In this document: piece after piece, positions 39,508 to 50,479 of the stretch | Position numbering within the stretch: position 1 is the first letter of the stretch | Layout: each line of letters opens with the position of its first letter | Origin: an uncultured delta proteobacterium | Lineage (GTDB): Bacteria > Myxococcota_A > Polyangia > Polyangiales > Polyangiaceae | NCBI GenBank assembly: GCA_963850305.1 | Contig: CAWKKR010000008.1 | Coordinates: 544,001 to 608,000 of the forward strand | Direction: 5' to 3' | Length of the DNA: 64,000 nt | Notes under the pieces: generated by a model | The model's input: only the letters and a program-made list of their open reading frames with translations | Told to the model about the DNA's origin: nothing | Databases searched by the model: none | Translations under genes and position numbers: made by a program

Positions 39508-40578
39508 AGGTGCCCGACGCGACGCCGCGTGCGCTCGGGTTCCGCATGCCCGCGGAGTGGGCACCGCACGCCGCGACGTGGCTCGCGTGGCCGCACAACG
39601 CGGACGACTGGCCCGGCAAATTCGAGCGCATTCCGGAGGTATTCGTCGAGATCGCACGCGTGCTCTCCGAGGTCGAACGCGTGCGTCTCATCGTCGACGG
39701 TCCGGAGCGCGAGGCCGAGGTACGCGCGCTGCTCGCCAGGGGCCGCGCAGACGTCTCCAGCGTCGATTTCTTCCACGCGAGGACCGATCGCTCGTGGACG
39801 CGCGACTTCATTCCTCTCTTCGTACGAAGTGAAGCCGAGCTCGCCGCGGTAAAGTTCCGGTTCGACGGCTGGGCCCGCTACGACAATCACGAGCTCGACG
39901 ACGCCGCGGGCGAGAGCGTCCCCGCGTGGCGTGGCATCCGCGGTTGGCGAGCGACCGCGCCGCGAGACGGGCGGAGCGCGAGCGTCGTGCTCGAGGGCGG
40001 GGCCATCGACGTCGACGGTGAAGGGACGCTCCTGGCTTCCGACGATTGTCTCGTCACGGGAGCCCACGGGCGGAACGCGTGGCTCGGCAAGGCCGGAACG
40101 GAGCGCGTGCTCGCCGACTATCTCGGAGTGGACAAGGTGGTGTGGGTCGGCGCGGGCGTCGCGGGCGACGACACCGCGGGCCACGTCGACGATTTCGTGC
40201 GCTTCGTCGCGCCGGGCAGAGTCGTCCTCGCCGAGGAACGGAATCCGCGAGATCCGAACTACCGACCGCTCTGCGAAAGCCACGATCGACTCGCGGGTGC
40301 GACCGACGCCAAGGGAAGGCGCCTCGAGATCGTCCGGCTGCCGATGCCCGCGCCCGTCCTCTGGGGCGAGGAGCGCTTGCCCGCGAGCTACGCGAACTAC
40401 TACGTCGCGAACGAGCGCGTCCTCGTCCCGACCTTCGACGACCCAGCCGACTCCAGGGCGGTCGGGATCTTCGAGTGAACTATTTCCCGCGCGCCGCGTC
40501 GTGGGGATCCGCGCGGTCGATCTCGTGCTCGGCCTCGGGACCGTGCATTGCAGTACGCACGAAGAGCCCGCCGTCTGA
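39504..40578 (+). CDS. aguA: Agmatine deiminase (frameshift near 40474)
   Basis: RMPAEW, WTRD, LEGGAID.DG.G, DDTAGHVD, ASYAN; the C-terminal GLGTVHCST (catalytic Cys) lies in another frame ending at 40578. Confidence 0.9.
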
Positions 40579-40710
40579 CGCCGCGACTCCGGTCCAGGAA
40601 GGTTCAACCACTCGGGCGCGCGTCCGGACCCGGGACAAGCTCTGCGGAGCATGGTACGGGTCACGCGGATCGAGAGCGTCGGCGGGTGAGCTCGCCCCAG
40701 GGATGGATCG

Positions 40711-41955
40711 ATGATGCGACGAGTCGTCATAACGGGGATCGGGGCCGTGAGCCCGTGCGGCGCGGACACCGAAAGCACCTGGTCGGCCATTGCCGCCGGG
40801 AAGAGCGGGATCGGGCCGGTGACGCGGTTCGACGCCTCGAAGCATGCGTCGCGCATCGCGGGAGAGGTGAAGGGGTTCGTGCCGGAGAAGTGGATCGAGA
40901 AGAAGAAAGTGAAGGAGGGCGACACCTTCATTCATTACTCGATCGCTGCGAGCCGCATGGCCGTGGAGGGCGCGCACTTCGAGCCGACCGACTCCGAGCG
41001 CGAGCGCATCGGCACGATCATCGGCGTCGGTCTCGGCGGACTCGACTTCATCGAGAAGACCGCGAAGGTCTTGAACGAGAAGGGGCCGAGCCGCGTCACG
41101 CCGTACTTCATTCCCGCGACCATCGCGAACCTGGCCGCCGGACAGGTGTCGATCCTCTACGGCTTCAAGGGCGCCAGCTTTTCGACGACCAGCGCGTGCG
41201 CGTCCGGGGTGCACGCCATCGGAGAAGCGTTCCGCGCCATTCGCCACGGATACATGGACGGCTGTGTCGCCGGTGGCTGCGAATCCTGTATCACGCCGCT
41301 CTCCATGGCCGGGTTTTCGCAGATGCGTGCGCTCTCGACCCGGAACGAGGAGCCCGAGCGCGCGAGCCGACCCTTCGATCGGGATCGCGACGGGTTCGTG
41401 ATCGGCGAGGGCGCGGGCGTCGTGTTGCTCGAGGAGCGCGATGCGGCAATCCGGCGTGGCGCTCACATTCACGCAGAACTGATCGGCTACGGTGCGACGG
41501 CGGACGCACATCATCTGACTCAGCCGGCGCCCGAGGCCGAAGGCGCACAGCGCGCGATGCGCGCCGCCATCGCCGACGCAAGCGTCGCGGCGAGCGACAT
41601 CGACTACGTGAACGCCCACGGCACGTCGACACCGGCCGGCGATGCAAACGAGCTGATCGCGATTCGCAAAGTGCTCGGGGATCGGGCGACGAATGGTCTC
41701 CTCGTTTCGAGCACGAAGAGCATGACCGGGCATCTCCTCGGCGGCGCAGGCGCGCTCGAAACGGTGTTGACCGTTCTCGCCATCGAGCGAGGACTCGTCC
41801 CCGCGACGATCAATCTCGAGAATCCGGTGGAAGAAGCGGCAGGGATGGATCTGGTGCCCAACCTCGCTCGAGAGACGAAGATACGCGTCGCGATGAACAA
41901 CTCGTTCGGGTTCGGCGGGACGAATGCCACGCTGATTCTCGAGCGACACGCTTGA
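40711..41955 (+). CDS. fabF: Beta-ketoacyl-ACP synthase II
   Basis: RRVVITG, TSACASG, NAHGTST, GHLLGGAG, NSFGFGGTN. Confidence 0.96.
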   Translation: MMRRVVITGIGAVSPCGADTESTWSAIAAGKSGIGPVTRFDASKHASRIAGEVKGFVPEKWIEKKKVKEGDTFIHYSIAASRMAVEGAHFEPTDSERERIGTIIGVGLGGLDFIEKTAKVLNEKGPSRVTPYFIPATIANLAAGQVSILYGFKGASFSTTSACASGVHAIGEAFRAIRHGYMDGCVAGGCESCITPLSMAGFSQMRALSTRNEEPERASRPFDRDRDGFVIGEGAGVVLLEERDAAIRRGAHIHAELIGYGATADAHHLTQPAPEAEGAQRAMRAAIADASVAASDIDYVNAHGTSTPAGDANELIAIRKVLGDRATNGLLVSSTKSMTGHLLGGAGALETVLTVLAIERGLVPATINLENPVEEAAGMDLVPNLARETKIRVAMNNSFGFGGTNATLILERHA

Positions 41956-41967
41956 ACGCGGTCCCCG

Positions 41968-42231
41968 TCACGGTCGTGGAGCGGTCACCGTGCTCGACGG
42001 TGGTTCGACGCCCGCCGAGTCGTCACCGTCGTCATCGTCCGACTCCGGCTCGGGTGTCTGCTGGAGCTCCTGTTCCGTCGTCTCCGACGGGTCGACGGCG
42101 CGCGCCGAGCTGATCCTGGGCGGCGGCGGCGCCGGAGCCGACGCCGACAGCGGCGTCGCGGACGGAATCTGCTGGCTGCAAGCGACGGCCATGCCGCCGA
42201 CCAGCAGAGCGAACGGAACTCCGCGAGCCAT
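41968..42231 (-). CDS. Small putative lipoprotein with acidic low-complexity tail
   Basis: MARGVPFALLVGGMAVAC; begins 5 bp after the DAHP synthase stop codon. Confidence 0.5.
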   Translation of the reverse strand: MARGVPFALLVGGMAVACSQQIPSATPLSASAPAPPPPRISSARAVDPSETTEQELQQTPEPESDDDDGDDSAGVEPPSSTVTAPRP

Positions 42232-42236
42232 GGCTC

Positions 42237-43304
42237 TCACTCGGCCGCGATGCGCGCTCGTCGTTTCCGGACGGCGGTGGCGAGCTCGGAGAGCAAGGGC
42301 GCCGTGGCGTCCCAGCCGATGCAGGCGTCCGTGATGCTCTGCCCGTAGGAGAGCGTGTTCGGATCCTTCAGCTCCTGTCGGCCCTCGGTGAGGAAGCTCT
42401 CCACCATCACGCCGAACACTCCCGTGCTGCCGGATTCGATCTGCCGCGCGACGTCGCGCGCGACCTCGGGCTGACGGCGGTAATCCTTGTTGCTGTTTCC
42501 GTGGCTGCAATCCACGAGCACGCTCGCGCGGAGGCCGGCCTTGACGAGCGCTTCCGTCGCCTTCGCGACGTTCGCGGCGTCGTAGTTGGTTCCCGACGTG
42601 CCGCCGCGGAGGATGACGTGACAATCCGGATTGCCGGTCGTCTGCACGATCGCCGCCATCCCTTGTTCCGTCACACCCAGAAACCGGTGCGCGTGTGCGG
42701 CCGACACGACGGCGTCGATCGCGAGCTGCACGGTGCCGTAGGTGCCGTTCTTGAATCCGATGGGCATCGACAGGCCCGACGCGAGCTGCCGGTGTACCTG
42801 GCTCTCCGTCGTGCGCGCTCCGATGGCGCCCCAGGCGACGAGATCCGCCGTGAACTGCGGCGTGATCGGATCCAGGAACTCCGTGCCGCACGGGAGACCA
42901 AGGCTCGACACGTCGCGGAGAAGAGTCCGCGCCCGGCGAAGCCCTTCGTTGATCTGGAACGTCTCGTCGAGGAACGGGTCGTTGATGAGACCCTTCCAGC
43001 CGACCGTCGTACGCGGCTTCTCGAAGTAGACGCGCATCACGACGCAGAGATCGTCCTCCAGCTGTCGCGCGAGCTTGGAGAGCCGCTCGGCGTATTCGAG
43101 ACCCGCGCGCGGATCGTGAATCGAGCAAGGGCCGACCACGGCGAGGAGCCGGTCGTCGGTACCGTGGAGAATGCGCGAGATCTGACGGCGGCCTTCGAGC
43201 AATACACGCGCCGCGTCATCCGTGGGCGGCACTTCCTCGAGCAAGATGGCCGGCGAGAGGAGCGGGCGCACACTCTCGACGCGGAGGTTCCGGGTGCGTT
43301 CCAT
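42237..43304 (-). CDS. Class I-alpha DAHP synthase (AroF/G/H family)
   Basis: GPCSIHD, YFEKPRTTVGWKG, IGARTTESQVHR, DCSHGNS, YGQSITDACI. Confidence 0.96.
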   Translation of the reverse strand: MERTRNLRVESVRPLLSPAILLEEVPPTDDAARVLLEGRRQISRILHGTDDRLLAVVGPCSIHDPRAGLEYAERLSKLARQLEDDLCVVMRVYFEKPRTTVGWKGLINDPFLDETFQINEGLRRARTLLRDVSSLGLPCGTEFLDPITPQFTADLVAWGAIGARTTESQVHRQLASGLSMPIGFKNGTYGTVQLAIDAVVSAAHAHRFLGVTEQGMAAIVQTTGNPDCHVILRGGTSGTNYDAANVAKATEALVKAGLRASVLVDCSHGNSNKDYRRQPEVARDVARQIESGSTGVFGVMVESFLTEGRQELKDPNTLSYGQSITDACIGWDATAPLLSELATAVRKRRARIAAE

Positions 43305-43424
43305 GTGCGCGCAGACTTTGACACGCGAATCGCCGGGTCGCGAGGGCAATCACCGCGCGGCGCCTCTCTCGGAGCCCCGTTTGCCCCGATCTCCAAATCC
43401 GCATATTCTCCCGAGATTCGCGAA

Positions 43425-44714
43425 ATGCACTCCTGCGGATTCGCCCCTGGCACGCGCCCGGAGACAGGTCGATCTCGGTACCTGTTCGCGTGCGTCGGCG
43501 TCGCGGCGAGCCTGCTGGTCGCGGCGCCGGACACCCGTGCGGCCGGCAGCGACGAGGCCGGCGCGGCGAACGCCGCGACCGTGGACGCGGCGCCGAAGCT
43601 CGTCGTCGTGGCGGACGTGGCGGCGGACGAGACGGACAATTCCGAGCTGCGCGCGGCGGTGTACGACGTCGCGCGCCGTCACGGATATGCGCCCGCGGGC
43701 AAGCTCGATGTCGATGCGGTCGCGAGCCGGGAGTCGCTGATGAGCGCGGGCAGTGTGACCGCGGATCCCGCGGAGCTTGCGCGACTCCGCACGGCGCTGG
43801 GCGTCGCGGTCGTCGTGCGCGTTTCGAAAAATCCCGGCGGAGCCATCCGCGTCGCCATCGTGACGAAGAAGGGAACCGACGCGCAGACCGTCGCGGGCGC
43901 GACGTCGGGAGCCATCTCCGCGGCGGTCGATCAGCTGCTCCCCCATGTCTTCCACGCGGGCGCGACTCCCACGAAGTCGGACCAACCAACCTCTCCTCTG
44001 GACGATGCCCGCGCGGGCAGGCTGGTGCTCGACGAACCGACCCCCGAACGCCCGCCGTCGCCCGCGGAGGCCTGGGAGAAACGCGGAGGGCTCCGGCCCT
44101 CGTACGGCGCGGTCGTGCTCGCGTCGGGCACGGAGCTCCATCATGTCGCGTTCACGGGTGTCGCGCCGAACGGGACGGCAGCGCCGGGACGCGCGACGGC
44201 AACCGGCGTGGGCGGAGGCATCGGCGTGCGCGTCGGGTTCATGTACTTGCCCGTGCCGGATCCGAACCTTTCGTCGGGTGGGTTCGTCGCGTTCCGGTTC
44301 GGGCTCGGACTCGACACGAACGTGTTCTGGCTGGCGGCGCCGCACGGGTATTCATACAGCGGCACGGAACGAACCGTCTCGTACACGAGCGAGGCGCTCT
44401 GGGTCGTGAACGCACCGGCGGAGCTGGGATTCGCGATCGCCGCGGGTGGTTTCGGCGATGAATCCATGTGGCACGGCGTGCTCGTCGGATTCGCGTACGC
44501 ACCGGCGGCACAGTTCTCCATGAACCTCGCGCATACGTCCGGGGCCTTCCGTGTGAACCCCGCGGGCGCGGAGGCGAGCGTCGACATCACGCGGCTCGAT
44601 TCGGACCGTGACGGCGAAGAGATGCAAATACGCGTGCTCCTGTCGGGCCTCTATCCGCTCGATGACGCGCACCCCGGCATGCTGTCGCTCGGGCTCGGTG
44701 CGATCTGGTACTGA
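43425..44714 (+). CDS. Exported/outer-membrane hypothetical protein
   Basis: Signal-like N-terminus; beta-strand-rich C-terminus ending LGLGAIWY. The track's start at 42501 overlaps DAHP synthase and was rejected. Confidence 0.65.
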   Translation: MHSCGFAPGTRPETGRSRYLFACVGVAASLLVAAPDTRAAGSDEAGAANAATVDAAPKLVVVADVAADETDNSELRAAVYDVARRHGYAPAGKLDVDAVASRESLMSAGSVTADPAELARLRTALGVAVVVRVSKNPGGAIRVAIVTKKGTDAQTVAGATSGAISAAVDQLLPHVFHAGATPTKSDQPTSPLDDARAGRLVLDEPTPERPPSPAEAWEKRGGLRPSYGAVVLASGTELHHVAFTGVAPNGTAAPGRATATGVGGGIGVRVGFMYLPVPDPNLSSGGFVAFRFGLGLDTNVFWLAAPHGYSYSGTERTVSYTSEALWVVNAPAELGFAIAAGGFGDESMWHGVLVGFAYAPAAQFSMNLAHTSGAFRVNPAGAEASVDITRLDSDRDGEEMQIRVLLSGLYPLDDAHPGMLSLGLGAIWY

Positions 44715-44724
44715 GCGCGGGCGA

Positions 44725-45699
44725 TCACGGCAGGAGAACCGTCGAGCCCATCGTCTTGCGGCCCTCGAGATCGGCGTGCGCCTGCGCCGCGTCGCGGAGG
44801 GCGTACGTCTGCCCGATGTGCACGCGGACCGCTCCCGACTCGAGCGCGTGAAAGACGCGATTCGCGGACAGCAGGAGGTCCGCGCGCGTCGCCGTATAAG
44901 CGGCGAGAGTCGGACGCGTGAAAAACAGCGACCCCTTCGCGGCGAGGAGCCCGGGATCGAATGGCGCGACCTTGCCCGACGATTGCCCGTACGAGACGAA
45001 CAGGCCGCGCGGCGCGAGCGAGTCCAGCGACGCCGCGAACGTATCTTTCCCGACCGAGTCGTAGACGACCCGCACGCCCGCGCCCTTGGTGAGTTCGCGG
45101 ACGCGCGGCGCCACCGCTTCCCGTGACGACACGATCGCGTGGTCGCATCCGTTTTCCATCGCGAGCGCTACCTTCGAGTCGGTCCCGACGGTGCCAATCA
45201 CCATCGCGCCCAGAGCCTTCGCCCACTGACAGAGGATCGACCCGACACCGCCCGCCGCTGCGTGCACCAGAATGGTGTCCCCGCGGGCGATGACGGTCGT
45301 GCGATGGAGCAGATACTCCGCGGTCATTCCCTTCAGCATCATCGCGGCGGCCGTGCGATCGTCCACGTCGTTGGGCACTTTCACGACGCGCTCCGCGTTC
45401 ATCACGCGAGCCTCCGTGTACGCACCGAGCGACCCTGCATAAGCAACCCGATCCCCCACGCGGAAATCCGAGACGCCCGCGCCAACCGCGTCGATCGCCC
45501 CTGCGCTCTCCGACCCCGGCACGAACGGCAGTGACGGCACGGGATACAGACCCGTTCGATAATAAACGTCGATGAAGTTCAGCCCGATTGCCGTCTGCTT
45601 CAGCCGCACCTGCCCCGGCCCCGGCTCGACGGACTCCGCCTCCTCCCACACGAGAACCTCTGGACCCCCGTGCCGCGCCACCGCAATTCGACCGACCAT
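44725..45699 (-). CDS. qor: NADPH:quinone oxidoreductase (zeta-crystallin family)
   Basis: GGPEVL, GLNFIDVYYRTGLY, HAAAGGVG, VYDSVGKDT, KGSLFFTRP. Confidence 0.93.
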   Translation of the reverse strand: MVGRIAVARHGGPEVLVWEEAESVEPGPGQVRLKQTAIGLNFIDVYYRTGLYPVPSLPFVPGSESAGAIDAVGAGVSDFRVGDRVAYAGSLGAYTEARVMNAERVVKVPNDVDDRTAAAMMLKGMTAEYLLHRTTVIARGDTILVHAAAGGVGSILCQWAKALGAMVIGTVGTDSKVALAMENGCDHAIVSSREAVAPRVRELTKGAGVRVVYDSVGKDTFAASLDSLAPRGLFVSYGQSSGKVAPFDPGLLAAKGSLFFTRPTLAAYTATRADLLLSANRVFHALESGAVRVHIGQTYALRDAAQAHADLEGRKTMGSTVLLP

Positions 45700-45831
45700 C
45701 CTCGGTTCCTTGTCCAGTCCTCGTAGCCCCGCAAGCCGTCACCCGCCCATTCGACGTCGAACCTCGACGAAAGCGGTGCCCGCGACGTCCAATTGCGAAC
45801 ACCGGGCGCCGGGCGCTATGGTCCGCCCCTC

Positions 45832-45913
45832 GCACGAGTGGCGGAATTGGCAGACGCAGCGGATTTAGGTTCCGCCGCCGCAAGGCGTGGGGGTTCAAGT
45901 CCCTCCTCGTGCA
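45832..45913 (+). tRNA. tRNA-Leu (anticodon TAG); CCA not encoded
   Basis: Acceptor GCACGAG/CTCGTGC + A; D arm GCGGAATTGGCAGACGC; anticodon arm GCGGA-TTTAGGT-TCCGC; long variable arm; T loop TTCAAGT. Confidence 0.97.
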
Positions 45914-46335
45914 CTGAGATGGAATCGTTGAGCTAGTTCAGATCGAAGCGGGACTGCTTCTTCTGCACGACTGGCTCGTGCGTCTGCGCTGCCGACGGCC
46001 GAGGTCGCCGTACCGATCGGGACAAGCTGACCAGTCCCCTGATGCGCGCGGGCGTCGTTGAAGTCGCCGCCGGCTCCGACGTCGAGGGCCATCGCCCTCG
46101 CGCTCCACCAGCCAGCCCACGAAACGCGCCGCGCATCATCGTGGCGCAATGAATGATCCGTACGCCGGACGTGGTCTGAGAAGGCTCGGCTGGCCCTGCG
46201 GAAGCGTTGCACGCGTCACGGCGTGAAGCGCGCTCTGTTGCGCATTCGCGCATGACGCGTGAACCCTTGCTGCGATCGATTCTCGTGCCCAAATTTTCAA
46301 TAAGCGGTCGTTCCGCATCACCAGGGAGGTGAGCG

Positions 46336-46665
46336 ATGATCAGCATCAAGGCAGGACTCGCAATTACGCTATTCGGTCTCGGAGGAGCGGCGATGGGAAG
46401 CGTCGCCTATCTCGAATACGGAAAGCGAATCCCCGTCGCAGAGCCCGAACTAGCGACGCCTGCGCCGCTGCGTGTGATGACAAAATCGGAAGCTCCGCCG
46501 GATCCAGTCAACACCGCCGTCAGCATCGAGCCCGTGGTCATCTACGGCCGCATCGCGCACCACGAGACGCCACTCGCCAAGCCCCCGAAGGCCATGGTGG
46601 TCTGTTCCGGCTGGCGGTCCCTGGGACCCGTAGGGCACGGCGTCCGGGCGCTCTGCATTCAGTGA
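46336..46665 (+). CDS. Small membrane-anchored hypothetical protein
   Basis: Strong RBS GGGAGGTG, N-terminal TM, C-terminal Cys pair. Confidence 0.65.
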   Translation: MISIKAGLAITLFGLGGAAMGSVAYLEYGKRIPVAEPELATPAPLRVMTKSEAPPDPVNTAVSIEPVVIYGRIAHHETPLAKPPKAMVVCSGWRSLGPVGHGVRALCIQ

Positions 46666-46764
46666 CGCTCCGCCACGGAGACTCCGCGGACGAATGCTAC
46701 GGCGCTTGATAACCCAACCGCGATTCGTCCCTGTGCCGGCTACTTCGGGCATCCGGCATCGAAC

Positions 46765-46873
46765 GAAGTGAGACCGGCCGCGTCGCCGTCCGCAGGGCCG
46801 CGTCGACGCGCTCGGCGATCCTGCCGACAACGCCACGAACCCGCCGAAGCAGCGCCGCGATCACGACCTTCAT
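46765..46873 (-). mobile_element. Possible N-terminal remnant of an integrase-core (rve) transposase
   Basis: MKVVIAALLRRVRGVVGRIAERVDAALRTATRPVS resembles, from memory, N-termini of myxobacterial rve transposases; not verified. Confidence 0.3.
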
Positions 46874-47000
46874 CTCATCGATCTCGCGGGGCAGTTCAAG
46901 ACTTGTTCGCGCTGGATTCCTGAGCGATCGTGCGGCGGACGACGCGAGTAGCCACGACGGCCGTTCGCCGCCTTCGCCGCCATAATCTGATACGATTCCA

Positions 47001-48140
47001 TTGATGGATTGCGCGTTCAAGCTGCCGCAAGACTTCGAGCAACTAGTTCACGCGGCGATTGTGAAACACCTCAAACCGCACCTCGTTCCGGTTGTGTACG
47101 TTCCGGACTGCACCGAGATTGGCGAGGTTCTGCAGGTCGCTCTTTGGTCCAGTGTCTTACGTGACGAAGGTCGCGTAGTGAGGTTCACGATCAACCTGCG
47201 ACCGAGAACGACTCCAAGCCGGGTCATCCCTTTCGCCAGGCCCATTGGATTCACGGCGGCGCAGCTTGCAAAACTCTCGATGGCGACAACACCCGATGTT
47301 TCGGCCGTCCACGTGGGTCCCGGAGCGGATGGCCTGGAGATTTTTGGAATCGACACCGTGTTCGGCGATGCGTCTGCTGTCAGGGTCGAGGTTCTCGGAC
47401 CCGCTACCGTTGCCATCAAATCCGGTAGCGTCACCGTCGCTTTTATCTCCGGCAACAACGCAGAGTTGATCAGCGTCGATATTTACGCGAAGTATTTCTT
47501 CATCGATGTTCGGTTCCCCGCGGAACACGGCGCGGACTCCGATCGTGAACATCGGTTTTTCGATATCGCGCGAGCGATGCACAGACATGGCCACGGCGGA
47601 ACCCTGCTCGTGCTCGGTTCGGACACGACGGCATCGCGTGTAAGTGAGCTGTCTTCGTCCATCGAGCCTCATTATGAGCTCGCACACGCCTTCGACGGAT
47701 TGCGCGAAGTGGACGCTGCGGAGGCCAGTATTTTTGGCGCGATGCAAACCGCCACCTCGGCGAGCGAGGCACGCGATTTGTTTTCGCAGCTTCGAGCCAC
47801 GGAGGTTCTCCACTTCCAATACATCTCCGGCTTGGCGCGCACCACTGCCGTAGACGGCGCAACGGTCGTTTCTTGGGAGGGATCACTGCTCGCGTTTGGT
47901 TGCAAAATCTTGCTGCAAAATAGACCTCTCCTGAGGCTCCGGCGACCGACGGCTGCGGCTGCCTCCCTCGTCGATCTCGCCGACTTCGGCGGAACTAGAC
48001 ATCAATCGGCAGCTCGGTTCGTCGGAATGAATCCAGGAAGTCGCGCGATCGTGTCGTCGCAGGACGCGAAAGTGTCGATCCTCAATCACGTGGCGATCGA
48101 CGAAGTCGACTGCCTTGAGCACGCAGAGTGGTGCTTCTGA
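47001..48140 (+). CDS. DAC/DisA_N-like nucleotide cyclase-domain protein with N-terminal DACNV-like sensor region
   Basis: HGHGGTLLVL, AVDGATVV, FGCKI, GGTRHQSAARF, VSSQD: the DGA and RH motifs of the DAC fold; visibly more AT-rich than the flanking core genes. Confidence 0.8.
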   Translation: MMDCAFKLPQDFEQLVHAAIVKHLKPHLVPVVYVPDCTEIGEVLQVALWSSVLRDEGRVVRFTINLRPRTTPSRVIPFARPIGFTAAQLAKLSMATTPDVSAVHVGPGADGLEIFGIDTVFGDASAVRVEVLGPATVAIKSGSVTVAFISGNNAELISVDIYAKYFFIDVRFPAEHGADSDREHRFFDIARAMHRHGHGGTLLVLGSDTTASRVSELSSSIEPHYELAHAFDGLREVDAAEASIFGAMQTATSASEARDLFSQLRATEVLHFQYISGLARTTAVDGATVVSWEGSLLAFGCKILLQNRPLLRLRRPTAAAASLVDLADFGGTRHQSAARFVGMNPGSRAIVSSQDAKVSILNHVAIDEVDCLEHAEWCF

Positions 48141-48495
48141 CCCGGTAGAGCCACTCTGATATCCCCACGAAGCGTACCTCCGAGTTCCGCCGTCCGATGC
48201 TCTGGACAAAGCGTCCCCCCATGACACCTTCGAGGTCAAAGTACAGTCCCGGACCCTTCACGTCGAACGAGGACGAGTGACGCAGATCGTCACGAATGCC
48301 GCGTCGTGACACCCCCGTTCGGATCGTCCGCACGCCGGCACTGCATGCGTGGTGCAAACGGTGCGTGTCTCATCAGCTGACGAACATCGATTCCTCATGG
48401 ATCCGGGGTCATCGGGTGACGAGGGGAACGGGGCGTGGATCTTGCGTCCGAAGTCATCAGGGAGCTTCGACAAGCGGCCCTCCCGGGAGATCAGC

Positions 48496-48981
48496 ATGTC
48501 CTCATCGAGCAGGGAGTTGGTTGTTTCCGCCGAATCCACAACCGAAAGCGAGTTGGCTGGGATTACCGAGGCGGTACTCGAAGGGCACGCGGAACTCGAC
48601 AAGACAGTCTCGCGGCTTCGAGGGTTGTGCGTCGCCCTCCACGATGGCCACACTCCAGCGGACGGCGATCCGGCGAGCCTCATCGAGGAATTCGAAGCAC
48701 AACTGCTCCCCCACTTCGCCGCCGAGGAGGCTGAAGAGTTCTTCGGCAGCCTAGTGACGGATCAGCCGTCGCTGCTGAAGCGGGTCGAACTACTGCAAGA
48801 CGATCACATTGGGATGGCCGAAGCACTCGACGCCCTTCAGAATTTTGCCGAGAGCGGTCCTACCGGCCCCGACCTGGCGGTACGCATCACGCAGTTCCTG
48901 GACCGATTCGACGCTCACGAGCACGCAGAGAATGAGCTGATGCAGGAGTTCTTCCTGCTCGATCAAGGCGGGGGCGGCTGA
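48496..48981 (+). CDS. Hemerythrin (HHE) domain protein
   Basis: H..L, LLPHFAAEE, DH, HEHAENELM; GGAG RBS before ATG 48496. Confidence 0.85.
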   Translation: MSSSSRELVVSAESTTESELAGITEAVLEGHAELDKTVSRLRGLCVALHDGHTPADGDPASLIEEFEAQLLPHFAAEEAEEFFGSLVTDQPSLLKRVELLQDDHIGMAEALDALQNFAESGPTGPDLAVRITQFLDRFDAHEHAENELMQEFFLLDQGGGG

Positions 48982-50402
48982 CCACGGTGAGCGAGCCCCT
49001 TCATCTGCAAGGACTTAAGGTCCGGGTTTCCAGGGAGCGTCCGAGCGACATCGGCGTCCACCTCGCAGCCCTTGCCCGCCCGTGTCGAACAGGGATGCCT
49101 CGCCATGCGCCCCGTCGCCTGGGGAATCCCGCGATGAACGAGCGCTTCTTCGACGGCGCGAACGATCTTCGCGCGCGCGACGTTCGGGAAGTACACGGCG
49201 ACGATTCCTCCTGGGTTCAGCGTCTCGATGTAGCTCTCGACCGCCTCGCGCGTCATGAGGTACGTCTCGGTGAGGAGGGTGCCGGAGCTGCCGAAGAGCG
49301 TCGCGACCGGCACGTACACCAGATCGAACCCCGGCGCGCCGCGCTTCCGCGTCATCGCGAAGCGAGCTGCCACCTCCCTCCCCTCGCCGACCACGAGCGA
49401 CACTCGCGGGTCGCGATATGGATCTTGGCGTTCGGGGAGCGCCTGTCGCATATACCGTGGAATCATCGGGTCGATCTCGACGGCGACGACCTTGCTCACG
49501 CCGTGCTCGAGCGCTGCCACGACGTTCCTCCCGGCGCCGCTGCCGAGCACGAGCACGCGAGCGGGGGTGAACGCGTAAGGCACGACGTCGAGTGCCGAAC
49601 GCATCGCCGCTCGAGCTGCCGGATCGACCGGCACCGTCGCGGTGCCGGCGTTCGCTCCCGCCGTACGGAAGACCAGGACACCGCCGGGCGCACGCTGCAC
49701 GTCGATGCGGGAAACGGCGTCCGTTTCGGCGTAAATGGACCTCGGATGAGCCGAGCGATCCGCGGCGCGGAGCCCGACCATGGCAGAGGCCACCGACGCC
49801 ACTCCCACCATCGCTGCGAACCACCGCACGGGGCCGGGCCGAACGAAGAGGAGCGCCGCCGAAGACGCCAGCGCGACGAACACGACGTAAGCGCCGACAT
49901 CGCCCGAGAGCTCGGCCACCGCGAGAGCGCAGGGTGGACCGAGCGCGCCACCGACCAGGCTTGCTGCGTACACTCGGTGCGCGCTTCCGGGGTTCTGCCG
50001 CATCTCCACGTAGACGGGAACCGCGGAGAGCGCGATGGTCGTCAGACACGCGGCGCCGCACCCGAGGAGGCGTTCAGCCGTCGCAGCGCCACCGGTATGA
50101 ACGTGCTCGAGAGAAAACAGAACGAAGCCCGCGAGCAGCGCGGCGATCTGCAGCGACGCGGCGGCTCGTTCCGTTGCACGCGCACCGCCGCCGAGCGCGC
50201 GCGCCAGCGGATCGGACAGCGACACGCCCAGCATGGCGAGGCCGACGACGCCCAGGGACAAGGAACCGAACTCGTACTGACTCAGCTTGATGAACAGAAC
50301 CTCGAAGCCCAGCTGCGCGAACGAAATCGCTGCAACGCCCACCAGCCCGCGGCGGTGCAGGACGGTGCTTCCGGGAAGCGACGAGACGCCGGATGATGAC
50401 AA
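48963..50402 (-). pseudogene. Membrane-fused spermidine-synthase-like protein, probably 3'-truncated
   Basis: TM N-terminus (FEVLFIK, YAASLVG), RVLVLGSGAG, VEIDP, GEGR, YLMTREA..LNPGG; the sequence after about 49110 is non-homologous and overlaps the hemerythrin stop. Confidence 0.65.
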
Positions 50403-50479
50403 GCGCCGCCATCATAGTCGCCGCCGGGGGACAGTGCGCTCGCGCCCGGCCCGTCAGATCTTCACGACTGAGGTCGCGC

